From an uncultured Phascolarctobacterium sp. (GTDB taxonomy: Bacteria > Bacillota > Negativicutes > Acidaminococcales > Acidaminococcaceae), in NCBI RefSeq assembly GCF_900544795.1, contig NZ_UQWM01000001.1: 64,000 bases of DNA. One strand, 5' to 3'. Below the pieces are notes generated by a model that ran no database searches, had not been told where the DNA came from, and was given only the letters and a program-made list of their open reading frames with translations. This document shows positions 19,434 to 29,000 of the stretch, one piece after another; within the stretch, counting starts at the first letter, position 1; each line of letters starts with the position of its first letter. The translations under genes were made by a program, and so were the position numbers.

Positions 19434-20423
19434 TTATTTTTCTTTTAACGCAGCTCGTACTGCCTCGGCTTTATCCTGAGGCAGCCATTGAGCAAGCAGG
19501 TCGTCGTGCTGCTGTAAAAACCACCGTGCAGCCTGATCGTAGGTCGCTTTGTTATCACCGATATACGCCAGGGCCTTGGCCGTCAAAGCGCTGGAAGTAT
19601 GATATTTTTTCAAGAATTCCGTATACTCGGGCAAGCGTCCGGGCAAGCGGCTGTTAGCCGCTACCATGACCACTACCGAAGGGGCAGCTGTTTTGCCTTC
19701 TGCAAAGCCCTGTTCAGTATAAGGCTCGTCTTCCAAAAGCACCATATCCAGCTTGCCGCTGATCCAGGTCGGTTCCCAGTTATAGCCCACGATAGGCAGC
19801 CCTTTTTCATAGGCCGTTACAAAAGCCGTATTTAAGGTTGCCTCGCTGCCGGGTCGAAAATAAATGTAATTTTTATCCAAACCATAGTATTCATATTTTT
19901 TGAACAGCACTTCATCGACGGCCCAGCCGGGGATAGCGCCGTAAATACGACCCTTGGAGGGATTTTCCTCATCGACGAAAATATTACTGTACCGTGCCAG
20001 GTCAGCGACCTTTTTTAGATCTGGCGCTAACGGGGCGATGCCGCGTTGTGGATCACCTTCGATAACATAGCGGGGCACATACAAGCCTTGCCTGTTATCA
20101 TCGAAATTGACACCCAAATCGACAATACCACCCGCCGCCTTATCCGCCTGATAAGTAGCGACATTATCGGTCCACAGTTCCATATTGACGTCCACGTCAC
20201 CACGCACCAGCGCGGCTTCCATAATGGGCGATGAACCATTCATTGTTTCTACTTTTAAACCATAAGCCTTTTCTGCGATCAAACCGGCTACCGCGTTGTG
20301 AAATTTAACGCTATCCCAGCCGGCGTCAGAAAAAACTATGGTTTTTTCATTGCTGCCACCGCAGCCTGTCAAAAGCAGCATACATAACAGCGAACTTAAC
20401 AGCAGCAATATTTTCTTCCTCAT
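19434..20423 (-). CDS. opuAC: Glycine betaine-binding lipoprotein (substrate-binding component)
   Basis: Lipobox LLTGCGGS after signal peptide. ProX/OpuAC-type fold. Start at MRKK with RBS AAAGGGGGG. Confidence 0.8.
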   Translation of the reverse strand: MRKKILLLLSSLLCMLLLTGCGGSNEKTIVFSDAGWDSVKFHNAVAGLIAEKAYGLKVETMNGSSPIMEAALVRGDVDVNMELWTDNVATYQADKAAGGIVDLGVNFDDNRQGLYVPRYVIEGDPQRGIAPLAPDLKKVADLARYSNIFVDEENPSKGRIYGAIPGWAVDEVLFKKYEYYGLDKNYIYFRPGSEATLNTAFVTAYEKGLPIVGYNWEPTWISGKLDMVLLEDEPYTEQGFAEGKTAAPSVVVMVAANSRLPGRLPEYTEFLKKYHTSSALTAKALAYIGDNKATYDQAARWFLQQHDDLLAQWLPQDKAEAVRAALKEK

Positions 20424-20646
20424 CAAAATCCCCCCTTTTCTTTCCGACAACTTTATGTTATCATTGAGTTGTCTCTATCCGCTTTTTTAGTTTAACGCAC
20501 TTGTAAAAACTTGTCAATTTACTTTAATTACTTTTTTACATGGCTAATATCGCCGTCAAACGGCTACCTGCACTACAATAGGGACCAGCTGAAAATTATC
20601 CGTTTCATAAAATTTTATTTATTTTTTACCGCAAAGGATCGATATC

Positions 20647-21276
20647 ATGGCCAACAAACACAAAATCGCAGAACCTATCTACCAGAAAATAGCGATCGAC
20701 ATCGCCGCCAAAATAGCCGCCGGCAAATACAAGGTCGGCGAAAAAATTTACGGACGTTCGATGCTGTCCGCTCATTACGCCGTTTCGCCCGAGACTATCA
20801 GGCGCTCCATGTTCATGCTGCAGGACCTTGGCATCGTAGCCATCGAATCAGGCAGCGGCAGCACCGTCCTCTCGGCCGAGCGGGCCGCTCAGTTGGTAGG
20901 GCGCTTCCGCAACATCTCTACCATAACTGAACTGAAAAAAAATATCGAGACCTTATCGGCACAGCAGAAAAAGCAGCAGGACGATATTTTGGCCAATGTA
21001 CACCATCTGCTGGAATATATCGAAAAATTCCGTCTGGCTTCACCGATCCTGCCCTATGAAGTAAAGATCACCAACGAGTGCCGTTTTTTAGGCAAAATGA
21101 TCTCGGAGATCAACTTCTGGCAAAGCACCGGTGTTACAGTCGTCGCCATCCGCAAGGGCGAGCAGCTGATCGTTTCACCCGGCCCCTATGCCTTATTTGA
21201 ACCCGGTGACGTGTTCATTATGGTGGGACCGGAAGACAGCCACAGCAAGGTACAGGATTATCTTTATGCACAATAA
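20647..21276 (+). CDS. GntR-family transcriptional regulator with C-terminal TrkA-C (RCK_C) ligand-binding domain
   Basis: N-terminal winged helix (EPIYQKIAIDIAAKIAAGKYKVGEKIYGRSMLSAHYAVSPETIRR). C-terminal TrkA-C-like segment (GVTVVAIRKGEQLIVSPGPYALFEPGDVFIMVG). Divergent from the opuA operon. Confidence 0.7.
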   Translation: MANKHKIAEPIYQKIAIDIAAKIAAGKYKVGEKIYGRSMLSAHYAVSPETIRRSMFMLQDLGIVAIESGSGSTVLSAERAAQLVGRFRNISTITELKKNIETLSAQQKKQQDDILANVHHLLEYIEKFRLASPILPYEVKITNECRFLGKMISEINFWQSTGVTVVAIRKGEQLIVSPGPYALFEPGDVFIMVGPEDSHSKVQDYLYAQ

Positions 21277-21277
21277 T

Positions 21278-21315
21278 ACAAACACCCCGTATCTAAATAG
21301 ATACGGGGTGTTTGT
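21278..21315. terminator. Bidirectional terminator
   Basis: acaaacaccccgtatct-aaat-agatacggggtgtttgt hairpin, 17-bp stem. Confidence 0.7.
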
Positions 21316-21316
21316 A

Positions 21317-23341
21317 TTATTGTCTTATTTTTATAGCATTACCTTTTAACACACGCCATGCAGTTACTTTTTTAGCGGCCAAAGCCATCTTCTTGATGTC
21401 CTGCGCTTTCTGTAACACCTTGCTCTGATCAGCGGGCAGTTCTTGCTTATCAATCTGATCCAGCTCGCCTAAGGTACCATCGCAGGCCCAAAGTCGATGA
21501 TTAAATGCCTTATTAAAATGTTCATCAAACAAGCTGGGCAAAATACTTGCATATTCCTGACCCGGCTGCCCCAGCATTTCCATCAGCGTTGGTATCAGCT
21601 GGATCGGACAACCCACTTTATTCGCTTGGAACCAGTCTTTTTCAACTCCTTGCCCGTAAAAAATCATCGGCACCACTGATAAAGTACGCAGGTCTTCTGC
21701 TCTTTTAAACGAAAATCTTTCCGAATGGTCGCCTGTGATAATAAAAAGTGCCGAAGGGATTTTTTGTTCAACCTTCTGAACGAAAAGACCCATAACATGA
21801 TCCGAATACCAGAAATGACCCAGTTCATTCAAAGTTTCATCGTCACCAGCTATACTGTCGGGCAACATATTTTTCACACGCTCTTTGTCAAAACCTTTAG
21901 CCGCCACGTCAATAGTATAGGGAGGATGATTGGACGTAGTCATTATAAAATGAAAAATCTTTTCCTCTCGATGTTCCCCAATATACTGCTCTATATGTTC
22001 AAATAATGCTTCATCAGGACAGCCCCAGGCATCACCTTCTGCGTATTTTATTTCATCGGCACAACGAAATTCATCAAAATTCTGTGCTAGGACAAAATCC
22101 CCCAAGTTCTGCCAATCCTTAAATCCGCCATACCAGAAAACTGTTTTATAGCCCAAATCCTTCATCATTTTGCCAAGCCCGGTAGCATAACCAGTCTTAT
22201 AGCTTTCCGGCTGATAATTCTCATATAAATAGGCATCTGCCAAACCTGTAAGATAACCGTTGATAGCAGGCATCGTCCCCGTGCCATGTGCCAAAAATGT
22301 ATTTACCGAAGCGCTATGCGGGGATTGCAGCAGCTTTTCGCTTTCTGCTGCCAAACCCAATTGTACAAACTCAGGTAATAAAGGCCATACGCCATAGCTT
22401 TCACCCATGATCATAACGATTTGCTGCGGCTTCTGCTGCATTTTTGCCTGCACCACTTTTTTACTAAAAGCCTGTTCTATTGTTGCAGCCTGCGGATCAC
22501 CGCCTAAAATACTGATCTGCTTAACTATTTCTGCTTGTGTCAGGTTTGTGCCCGCCGTTTCCCTCAAACACCTGTTGCTGATATAGACTCTGTAAAGAGC
22601 TTGTCCGTCGTCTAAAACCGCCTCGTTAAGCAGGTTAGAATTTAATCTGGCAGCATTTTCCCAAGAAATAGACCCGGCATAATTAAAAGAGGCGCCAAAC
22701 CGGATAAAAACAAAGAACAATGGTAAAAATACAACTAAGGCTGCACAGGCGCAGTACATTTTTTTAGTTGTCACAGCAAAGGTTTTTTCCGGCAGCGAAA
22801 CTGCAGTGCCAGTCTGCTTTACTGCTGACCAATTCTTGGTGCGCAGCAGACGCAGCAAAAAATAAATCAAAACTGCTGCAACTGCAAAAGCGAGCGGCAA
22901 ACGCAACAAAAGCTGATATTCTTCGACCCCTGTAGCCAAAATAGCCTGCCAATCGTCATGTATACCATTGATCAGCATCATATTAAATCCGGAGTTAAAG
23001 ATTTTATAATAGGGAATACGTGCAAAAAACAAGATTGTAAAAACACAAACGACCAGACTATGCCAATAGCGTCTAATTTTAGCAGCAGGCCAACAAGGTA
23101 ATAATAATTGCACTATCGTTGAAAAGACTGCGCCAATGAATACCATCAGTCCCGCTGTTTTAAGGCTCAACCTAAAGCCATACCACAAAGTGGCCACAAT
23201 ATCAACCGTTGCTACTCCTGCTAACTGGCTTTTAAAAACCAGCAAAAACAATATCCTAAACACCATCAGCAAAATGATCAAAAACGCAAAAGCCTTTAGA
23301 TCCTGCTGTAAACCGATAATAAAATTATTAAATCTTTTCAT
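21317..23341 (-). CDS. LtaS-like sulfatase-family membrane protein (phosphoglycerol or phosphoethanolamine transferase type)
   Basis: 674 aa. Five N-terminal TM helices followed by a sulfatase domain (IVMIMGESYG, TTSNHPPYT). Confidence 0.7.
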   Translation of the reverse strand: MKRFNNFIIGLQQDLKAFAFLIILLMVFRILFLLVFKSQLAGVATVDIVATLWYGFRLSLKTAGLMVFIGAVFSTIVQLLLPCWPAAKIRRYWHSLVVCVFTILFFARIPYYKIFNSGFNMMLINGIHDDWQAILATGVEEYQLLLRLPLAFAVAAVLIYFLLRLLRTKNWSAVKQTGTAVSLPEKTFAVTTKKMYCACAALVVFLPLFFVFIRFGASFNYAGSISWENAARLNSNLLNEAVLDDGQALYRVYISNRCLRETAGTNLTQAEIVKQISILGGDPQAATIEQAFSKKVVQAKMQQKPQQIVMIMGESYGVWPLLPEFVQLGLAAESEKLLQSPHSASVNTFLAHGTGTMPAINGYLTGLADAYLYENYQPESYKTGYATGLGKMMKDLGYKTVFWYGGFKDWQNLGDFVLAQNFDEFRCADEIKYAEGDAWGCPDEALFEHIEQYIGEHREEKIFHFIMTTSNHPPYTIDVAAKGFDKERVKNMLPDSIAGDDETLNELGHFWYSDHVMGLFVQKVEQKIPSALFIITGDHSERFSFKRAEDLRTLSVVPMIFYGQGVEKDWFQANKVGCPIQLIPTLMEMLGQPGQEYASILPSLFDEHFNKAFNHRLWACDGTLGELDQIDKQELPADQSKVLQKAQDIKKMALAAKKVTAWRVLKGNAIKIRQ

Positions 23342-23522
23342 TGCATCCTCTTAATCGACTTTCAGCATGATTCTTACCGCTCATACTTATGTTATTTTAT
23401 GGCTTTATCTATGATATACGTCCCAATTATAATCCAAAGTCTATTTTTAAAAATTTTAATATTTGTATATGTTCTTCAAATTATAATTCTAACCCATTGC
23501 TATATAGAAAGCAACTTGCGCT

Positions 23523-23590
23523 AAAAAATAAACAACAGTCACATAACCTAAAGCTTCTAAGTTATCAGACTGTTGTTTATTTTTATAATT
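23523..23590 (-). terminator. thiC terminator, long hairpin
   Basis: aaataaacaacagtc-N38-gactgttgtttattt, 15-bp stem. T-run on minus strand. Confidence 0.6.
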
Positions 23591-23600
23591 ATTTGCTTTA

Positions 23601-24899
23601 CTATTTTTTGCGATGCTCTTCCAGGTACTGCCCCACGATCTTGACGGCGCAGTAATCACCACACATAGAGCAGGCTTCATCCTCGGCCTTATTCTTTTTA
23701 TTGCGGTAGGCCTGAGCCTTGACCGGATCGAGGGCTAAACGGATCTGCTCCGGCCAGTCCAGGTTTTTACGGGCCACAGCCATCTCCCTGTCCCAGGCGA
23801 TGGCCTGCGGCAGACCTTTAGCAATATCGGCCGCATGGGCGGCAATACGGGTAGCGATCACCCCTTCGCGCACATCGTCGATATCGGGTAATCCCAAATG
23901 CTCGGCCGGCGTCACATAGCACAAAAAATCGGCGCCGCTGACTGCCGCCAAAGTACCGCCGATAGCGGAAGTGATATGGTCATACCCGGGCGCCACATCA
24001 GTCACCAGCGGCCCCAGCACATAAAATGGTGCACCGTGGCACAGACGTTTTTGCAGCTGCATATTGGCGGCGATTTGGTTATAGGGCACATGGCCCGGCC
24101 CTTCTACCATCACCTGCACACCCCTGTCCCAAGCCCGTTGGGTCAGCTCACCTAAATTCAGCAGTTCCTGAATCTGCGCCCGGTCGGTAGCGTCAGCCAG
24201 GCAGCCCGGCCGCAACCCGTCGCCCAGACTGATCGTTACGTCATATTCAGCGCAGATATCCAATATTTCATCGTAATATTCATACAAAGGGTTTTCCTTA
24301 TCGTTGTGCAGCATCCAGCCGGTAATAAAGCTGCCGCCACGGCTCACCACGTCCATGATCCGCCCCTCGGTCGTCAGGGCATGCAGCACCTGCCGGTTGA
24401 TACCGCAGTGGATGGTCATAAAGTCTGCCCCATCGGCCGCCTGCTGACGGATGACTGCAAACAGATCCTCTTTGGTCATTTCTACAACAGCGCCACGTTT
24501 TTTGATAGTCTCGACCGTAGCCTGATAGATGGGCACCGTACCCACCATAACTGTCGATGCGTTGATAATAGCCTTACGGGAAGCGTCGATATTATCCCCT
24601 GTCGAAAGATCCATCACCGCATCGGCACCAGCTTCGATAGCGGCACGCAGCTTGGCAAGTTCCGGCTCCGGGTCTGGATAAGCGCTGGAAGTACCAATAT
24701 TGGCATTGACCTTGACCGACAAGCCCTGTCCCACACCGCGCGGCACCAGATTTTTGTGTCTGCTGTTGCAACAGATCGCTATGGTGCCTGCCGCCACACC
24801 CTCTCTGATAAACTCCGGCGCCAAATCCTCCTGTGCCGCTACCTGGCGCATCGCCTCGGTAATGATGCCCTGACGGGCCAACTGCATCTGTGTTGCCAT
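23601..24899 (-). CDS. thiC: Phosphomethylpyrimidine synthase ThiC
   Basis: Collinear with radical-SAM ThiC; C-terminal CSMCGDYC cluster motif. Start at MATQMQ with RBS AAGGAG. Confidence 0.9.
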   Translation of the reverse strand: MATQMQLARQGIITEAMRQVAAQEDLAPEFIREGVAAGTIAICCNSRHKNLVPRGVGQGLSVKVNANIGTSSAYPDPEPELAKLRAAIEAGADAVMDLSTGDNIDASRKAIINASTVMVGTVPIYQATVETIKKRGAVVEMTKEDLFAVIRQQAADGADFMTIHCGINRQVLHALTTEGRIMDVVSRGGSFITGWMLHNDKENPLYEYYDEILDICAEYDVTISLGDGLRPGCLADATDRAQIQELLNLGELTQRAWDRGVQVMVEGPGHVPYNQIAANMQLQKRLCHGAPFYVLGPLVTDVAPGYDHITSAIGGTLAAVSGADFLCYVTPAEHLGLPDIDDVREGVIATRIAAHAADIAKGLPQAIAWDREMAVARKNLDWPEQIRLALDPVKAQAYRNKKNKAEDEACSMCGDYCAVKIVGQYLEEHRKK

Positions 24900-24904
24900 G
24901 ATCA

Positions 24905-25050
24905 ATTCTCCTTTCAAAATAAAAAGCCAATCTCCCGCAGGAAATTGGCTTTTGCTCGCGCTTGTGCCACTTCCCTACGCCGGTATTATCCGTAAATCAG
25001 GTTCTAAGGGTCGGCCTTGCGGCCTCTCAGCATAATGCGCCCCCAGTGGA
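24905..25050 (-). promoter_or_regulatory. TPP (THI-box) riboswitch with terminator-type expression platform
   Basis: Minus strand reads GGGGCGC...CTGAGAGG...ACCCTTAGAACCTGATTTACGGATAATACCGGCGTAGGGAA, then terminator hairpin agccaatttcc-N4-ggagattggct plus U-run. A TTGCTA-17-TAAAAT promoter lies at about 25060..25088. Confidence 0.85.
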
Positions 25051-25107
25051 TAGACTTATGATATTAAATTAATTTTAGCATTTTACACCTACAATAGCAA
25101 GTAAAAC

Positions 25108-27338
25108 TTAAATTTTATCGCCAGCCTCATAAACATGGTAGCCGCCTTTACCGCTTTTTTTGACAACATAGGCGGCCATATCAGACAAATGGACAAGGAC
25201 GTCGAAGTCGCGCCCATGCTCGGGGAAGAAACAGATGCCAACGCTGGCCGAAACAACGATGCCGGAATATTCAGCCTGTAATACGCCGCACAGAGCTCCA
25301 GCCCGTTTGACAGTTGCCTCGCGCGAAAGGCCCGGCGCGTAAATATAAAACTCATCGCCGCCAAAGCGGCCGATAACATCGCCGGTGCGGAAGAACTGGC
25401 GCAGCTTCGCCGCCATTTCCTGCAGCACTTTGTCGCCAACCTGATGCCCCAGTGTATCATTAACTGTTTTAAAGTTATCCAGATCAGCAAAGATGAAGCT
25501 GCCAAAAGTAGCCTGCTGCAGCAGCGGTTCTACCACGGTTTTAAAACCTGCTTTATTATAGACGCCAGTCAGTTCATCAAGCCTGCTTTTATCCTGCAGC
25601 TCGGCCTTTTCACGCATTTCCTCATCTATATTATCCAGCTTGCCTACCAGGCGGATCACCGTATCATGCTTGATGATGCAGTTGGCCCGAGCCCTGAACC
25701 AGTGCTGCTCGCCGTTAGCATAGCCAAGCAGCAGTTCCGCACTATCCGAATGTTTTTCTCTGATGATCTTCTCGACGAAACTACTTACAGCGTCGATATT
25801 TTCAGCCTCCAGAGGCTGCTGTGCTACCGGCGCAACGCCGCGCCTGCCAAATTTCCAAAAGGCTCAAAACCAAAGATCGCCCGGTATAAAGGCGACCAGG
25901 CGATATGCCTTTGCAGCACGTCTACGTCAAAAATTATTTCGTTCGAAGCTTGTACCATCAGGTCGTAGCGTTCCTTCTCCAACGCCAGCTCCTGGATGAT
26001 GCGTTTCTGCTCGCTGATATCGACGATAAGGCAGTACATGAGCAGTACGCCGTCCTTATCCACGCCCACACTGCCACGAACCAGAGCCGGTATATAATGG
26101 CCATCCTTATGCAGCAGCCGCATTTCCAGGTCGATTTTATCGTCAAGATGCCATTCACCCGTCAGCAGTGCTTGAAATTTAGCCATATCTTCATCATAGA
26201 TCAAATGGGCCTGTAGCAGCGACGGTACTTTTTCCAGTTCAGCGCGGCTATGGCCGATCAGCTTCAAAAAACCATCATTGGCGTAGCGAATACAGAAGCC
26301 TACCTCATTGACTAAAGTCAGCACACCGCCGTTAATATTGTCGCCGATCTGGCGCAGCATCTCTTCTCTTTCCCTGATCTCGCGCTGTACTTCTTTATTT
26401 TCCAGCCATTTTTTCGCCCCATAGGTGCTAAGCAGCCAAACCAGAAAAGCAAGTCCGACATTCAGGAAAATGATTTTAGTACCGATCCAGCCCCCGACCC
26501 TGTCGACCTCTAAAATACACTTGGTGTTTGGCAGATCGATATTATACGTACGCCCGCCATACATAGCCATAGCCTCGTGGTTAGAAGCGGCGATGGTAAG
26601 CCGGCTGCCGTTTTCCAGCTTGTAAAGGTGATACCTGTGTTGCTGCCCGTCCAGGGCGGCAAAATTTATATTCTGCAAAGCGTAATGCTTACTATCAGGG
26701 TTCATGCTCAATGTAATGGCCACAAACCCCCAGGGAGAACCGTCCTGATTTCTGACGGCAACGAGGCCTGTCAGCACCAGTTCCTGATCCTGCACCCGCC
26801 TGAACGGCCCTTCGATGACCAGCTCGCCCTGCTTCTGATAGACCTTGCTGATAGCATCATCTCTGCCAGGCAGCGACATCAGATCGAGTCCCAAAGCACT
26901 CTTGTTTTCTTCATAAGGGTAGCAGTAGGAAATAACGCTTTTAGCAGGCACACCATCAACAACAGGCCCTTCTGCCCGTGCCAGAGAAACATTCTTGATC
27001 AACGTCATATCATCGAAAGCCGCACAGACGCTGTCCATTCTGGCAATGCCGATCTCCGACATATTCCGGTAACCTTTTGCGTTTACAGCTATTTTGTTAC
27101 CCCGCGCATCCAGCATCACCTGTTCGATCAATTCTCTTAAAACAAAGGCGTCATCGTAAAGGTCCATCAGCTCGTAACGAATCTGCGAACCGTAGCTTTG
27201 CGCCAAAAAAGCAGCCCGCTCACGGGTATATTTATAAGTATTATAAAGACTGACGCTTGCAGCAGCAGCGCAAACCAGTGCCGCAGTTATACTAAGCAGC
27301 AGCAGGTATTTGATATTATAAATACGTTTTTTCGCCAT
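25108..27338 (-). pseudogene. Sensor diguanylate cyclase (TM, periplasmic sensor domain, TM, PAS, GGDEF) split by a frameshift between 25827 and 25863
   Basis: The upstream frame (25824..27338) ends ...FGFEPFGNLAGAALRR*. The downstream frame is open from 25863, continues the PAS domain (SDSAELLLGYANGEHWFRARANCI) and the GGDEF domain (RFGGDEFYIY). The frames overlap around an A4 run at 25857..25860. Confidence 0.7.
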
Positions 27339-27455
27339 GTCGGGCCTTCTTCCAACAATATTCTAACCTCACTTTTATTATAGCTTATTTCATATCATCG
27401 GACATCATTTTTATTTATTTTCCAAATATTTTTAGTCATTGGCACATATTCGCAA

Positions 27456-27495
27456 AAAAAAGCCTGCCGACATTATTTGTCGGCAGGCTTTGAGC
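27456..27495 (-). terminator. Terminator of the encapsulin operon
   Basis: agcctgccgaca-aataa-tgtcggcaggct hairpin with T8 on minus. Confidence 0.75.
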
Positions 27496-27502
27496 TTAAC
27501 GA

Positions 27503-28342
27503 TCAGCCAAAAATTACCACTGCATCCTTACATTTGATGCGCAGCAAAGCTGTCTCAAATACGCGGAACTCATGATTAAGTTTAGCAGAGCCCAAATAAC
27601 CGGTAATAAGATCCTGGCCAATGACAATGTCCATATTCTGCGGTTCGGCGCAGACCAATACGGCTTTATTGAGACCCAAAGCCGGAGTCATATATAATCC
27701 ACCGCCCACCAGGTTTTTGATGCGTTCACTTTCAAGCAATCCGGTGCTGACCTGCAAACGCTGTAATTGAGCGTAAAGATCAGGGCTGACTGCCAAAGCG
27801 TAACGGCCTCTCAAATTCTTGTCCGCAAAATGCTGCAAACCTTTAACTACGTCACTAAAAGCACTCTCGTCTTTGCTCCAATCGGATTTTTTAACTTTGA
27901 AAGCGCCCTCGACAGTAGCCAGGCCTTCATAACCGGCTTTAGGGTTACCGGCAAAAATCATCAGGTCTTCTTTTTGAGCACAGGCATTAGCGGCTGCGCT
28001 TACTGCGGCCAAATCGATAGGCATACCGATCATTTTAGCCTGTTCCATATCTCTCCAGGATAAAACGAAATCCCTGTAGATCATGGGCAATTCTTTAAAG
28101 CTGCGTCCGGTAACTTTTACCGCTTCCTCTTCTTCACCGAAGAAATCGACGCTGCCTTTTTCAGCCGGGGTCAGCACATCTACATTCACGCTTTGAGCGC
28201 CTGCGCCCAAAGGACCGTAGATCTGCAAAAACTTACGGCCAACCAAAACATTTCTTGCCGCATTGACAGCGGCGCTATCGATAGCCTGCCATTGTTCGGC
28301 AGACAAGCTTACGTCATCACGCATTAAAAATTCCATAACCAT
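27503..28342 (-). CDS. enc: Family-1 encapsulin nanocompartment shell protein (linocin M18 / HK97-fold)
   Basis: 279 aa, collinear with T. maritima encapsulin. LSAEQWQAIDSAAVNAARNVLVGRKFLQIYGPLG matches LTEKQWQEIDNRA...YGRKFVDVEGPYG. IVIGQDLITGY matches LILGQDLSIGY. Confidence 0.85.
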   Translation of the reverse strand: MVMEFLMRDDVSLSAEQWQAIDSAAVNAARNVLVGRKFLQIYGPLGAGAQSVNVDVLTPAEKGSVDFFGEEEEAVKVTGRSFKELPMIYRDFVLSWRDMEQAKMIGMPIDLAAVSAAANACAQKEDLMIFAGNPKAGYEGLATVEGAFKVKKSDWSKDESAFSDVVKGLQHFADKNLRGRYALAVSPDLYAQLQRLQVSTGLLESERIKNLVGGGLYMTPALGLNKAVLVCAEPQNMDIVIGQDLITGYLGSAKLNHEFRVFETALLRIKCKDAVVIFG

Positions 28343-28347
28343 ACCTC

Positions 28348-28725
28348 CTATTTATCCAGCAGACTGCCAACGGTAGTCGCTTTATTGGTGACTTCCGTTT
28401 TGTCATCGGCAATGCCGGCCGCTTTCATTCCTAAACCTTCCAGCATTTCCTTAACTTCGCCTTCGCCGGAAATAAAATGCTCGGCTTCTGCCGGGTCCAA
28501 ATAACGCAGCAGGGTCATCAGTTCGCCGACATGGGCTTTTTCTTCATCACGGATATCGGCAATAACCATTTTTGCCACTTCGTCATCAGTTGCCTGTACA
28601 TGGGCGTCATACAGGTAAATAGCTTCCAGCTCACCTGCAATATCCAGACGTACGGCTTGGATAAGTTCCTCTTTGGTTAATTTTCTGTTGACATTACCTT
28701 GAAACGGGTTTGCAAAATTTGGCAT
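28348..28725 (-). CDS. encFtn: Encapsulated ferritin-like protein (EncFtn) with C-terminal encapsulin targeting peptide
   Basis: About 125 aa. Ferritin-like di-iron ligands in the E-x-x-H arrangement (ELEAIYLYDAH, EEKAHVGE). C-terminal tail TVGSLLDK resembles GSL-type cargo-loading peptides. Immediately upstream of the shell gene. Start at MPNF with RBS GAAGGTGG. Confidence 0.8.
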   Translation of the reverse strand: MPNFANPFQGNVNRKLTKEELIQAVRLDIAGELEAIYLYDAHVQATDDEVAKMVIADIRDEEKAHVGELMTLLRYLDPAEAEHFISGEGEVKEMLEGLGMKAAGIADDKTEVTNKATTVGSLLDK

Positions 28726-28958
28726 TACTGCCACCACCTTCCTGATTTTGTTTGTTTGCAGTGTGTAATCGCAACAAATAAGAATTATCTTTTACCATAT
28801 TATAGCACTGTAAATTTAAAAAAGCAATTAACTTTTCGCATAGTACTGCGTGACGGAAAACTTCTCCGTACTTTTATTATAACACCGCTGCTGTTTTCTA
28901 CAACCCAAAAACCAGCTCCTTAAAGTATTTTTTGCTAAGATAATCACTTACAAAAACT

Positions 28959-28988
28959 AAAAAACAGCCGCCCCACGCGGAGCGGCTG
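28959..28988 (-). terminator. Terminator downstream of the DUF554 gene
   Basis: cagccgc-N10-gcggctg hairpin with T-run on minus. Confidence 0.6.
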
Positions 28989-29000
28989 TTTTGCTGCGGC

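Noticed and set aside
20511-20930. 139-aa plus ORF
   Set aside because: Out-of-frame overlap with the GntR/TrkA-C regulator gene, and an Arg-rich, low-complexity product.
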